DNA from: Peptococcales bacterium
GTDB lineage: Bacteria; Bacillota; Peptococcia; Peptococcales; BICA1-8
NCBI GenBank assembly: GCA_050946395.1
Contig: JBMNUR010000001.1
Location: forward strand, 1-55,084
Reading direction: 5' to 3'
DNA length: 55,084 bases
A program made the position numbers and the translations under genes. The first letter of the stretch is position 1; every line of letters starts with the position of its first letter. The notes under the pieces are model-generated. The model saw nothing but the letters and a program-made list of their open reading frames with translations. It ran no database searches and was not told where the DNA came from. This document shows, piece after piece, positions 54,124-55,084 of this stretch.

Positions 54124-55084
54124 AGATTCCACTTAAATTTCCCCGTGAAAGACCCACTGGTTTCCAATAACTTTGGTTCTTCTTATCTAGTACCATTTTA
54201 TAAATTTCCTGTTTTCCGTTGTATTTGACTTTTAAATATACCTTACAGTAATCGGCATTTTTTACATCGGCTGCAAAAACCGGTAAACTGGAAGTCCAAA
54301 ATTGAATCTGACCGATTTCTACTTCTTTACCTTCTAACTCACCTGGAAAAATCTTGCCCTTTTGACTTTCAGATACGTATTCCTTAATAATTTTCTCCAA
54401 GTCATTTCGCATTTGAGAGTCAGGAAAAGTACTCAAGCCAGTCACATACCACTCATTATCATTTTCAACTAATTCTAAGGCGTAGTCCATACTTGACTCA
54501 CCACCGGAACTAGTAAGGGTATTAACTCGAACTTTTGCAAATGCTCGGTGTTCTTCAACATTTATTATTAAATCCTCTAATTTTATTCCTATTATATAGA
54601 GATTATCACTACTATTTACGAAAGTTGTGGTATTGAAATAGTTAATAATGTCAAAGTAAGCCCATTGGTCAGGTGAATTAGTATCTATAAAATATTTTTT
54701 AGCACCTACCCTGTCTTTTTCACCGGATAATTCAAACTTATAAAGGATATTTATGGCCTGTCTAATGGTTTGAAAAACTTTCTCCTTTTCGGAATTACTT
54801 TCCGGTGGAGAAAATAAACCTTTTTCTATTTGATTTTCTACAAAGTTGATTTTCTCCCAGAAAGGTCCCCCAATATACCCTGTTTTCCCATTCGGTGATA
54901 ATGCAATTCTACTTCCGGAAACTTGTATCTTCTTAATTTCCTTACCACTTTTGTCCAGTATATAAAGAAAGAACAGATTTTTTTCCATATCCTTATTTTC
55001 AACTATATAAGTGATTTTCCCCTCATCCACAAATTTGGCATCAAAGACATATTCTTCGGATAAGATCTTTATATTTTCAGGTTT
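54122..55084 (-). CDS. hypothetical protein, C-terminal ~320 codons (frame open to window end)
   Basis: ORF 54122-55030. The same frame continues without a stop through 55031-55084 (KPENIKILSEEYVFDAKF...), so the true start is probably outside the window. I recognise no family with confidence. Confidence 0.6.
   Translation of the reverse strand, partial: KPENIKILSEEYVFDAKFVDEGKITYIVENKDMEKNLFFLYILDKSGKEIKKIQVSGSRIALSPNGKTGYIGGPFWEKINFVENQIEKGLFSPPESNSEKEKVFQTIRQAINILYKFELSGEKDRVGAKKYFIDTNSPDQWAYFDIINYFNTTTFVNSSDNLYIIGIKLEDLIINVEEHRAFAKVRVNTLTSSGGESSMDYALELVENDNEWYVTGLSTFPDSQMRNDLEKIIKEYVSESQKGKIFPGELEGKEVEIGQIQFWTSSLPVFAADVKNADYCKVYLKVKYNGKQEIYKMVLDKKNQSYWKPVGLSRGNLSGI

Noticed and set aside
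1-55084. Search for defence systems, prophage, integrases, transposases, toxin-antitoxin pairs, tRNA or rRNA
   Set aside because: None is supported. Every long ORF has a housekeeping, sporulation or hydrogenase-maturation assignment, or is a short hypothetical in a conserved operon position.

Overview
AT-rich window (roughly mid-30s % GC by eye) from an endospore-forming anaerobic Firmicute, probably Clostridia-like. Nearly all of it is core housekeeping on the minus strand, colinear with the B. subtilis yqe/yqf region: glyS-glyQ (T-box), DUF4342, recO-yqzL, era, cdd, corC, dgkA, ybeY, pgpH, phoH, yqfD, yqfC, yqfB-position ORF, floA, nfeD, rpsU, hit, mtaB, rsmE, prmA, dnaJ, dnaK, grpE, an archaeal-type chaperonin, hrcA (CIRCE), hemW, lepA, murJ, spoIIP, rpsT, holA, a PBP5-type carboxypeptidase and comEC. 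A ~9.4 kb block (gerABC-like, feoAB, deoC, mgtE) splits recO-yqzL from era. A plus-strand TM1266-like/hydE/hydG/hydF [FeFe]-hydrogenase maturation operon closes the window. I found no defence island, integrase, transposase, CRISPR array, tRNA or rRNA, and no clearly novel protein-coding system. The unexplained signal is non-coding. There is a two-copy 220/294-bp imperfect-palindrome element with a swapped apical hairpin, bracketed by copy-specific hairpin direct repeats. The long intergenic regions reuse a small vocabulary of REP-like GTAG hairpins, a 33-mer palindrome family, AACCACGG decamer modules and in-phase 7-nt and 8-nt degenerate arrays. There are also candidate attenuator leaders upstream of mgtE and the hyd operon. 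The ger operon looks degenerate, with two homopolymer frameshifts and a short A subunit. All motif and identity statements are by-eye readings and need computational confirmation.
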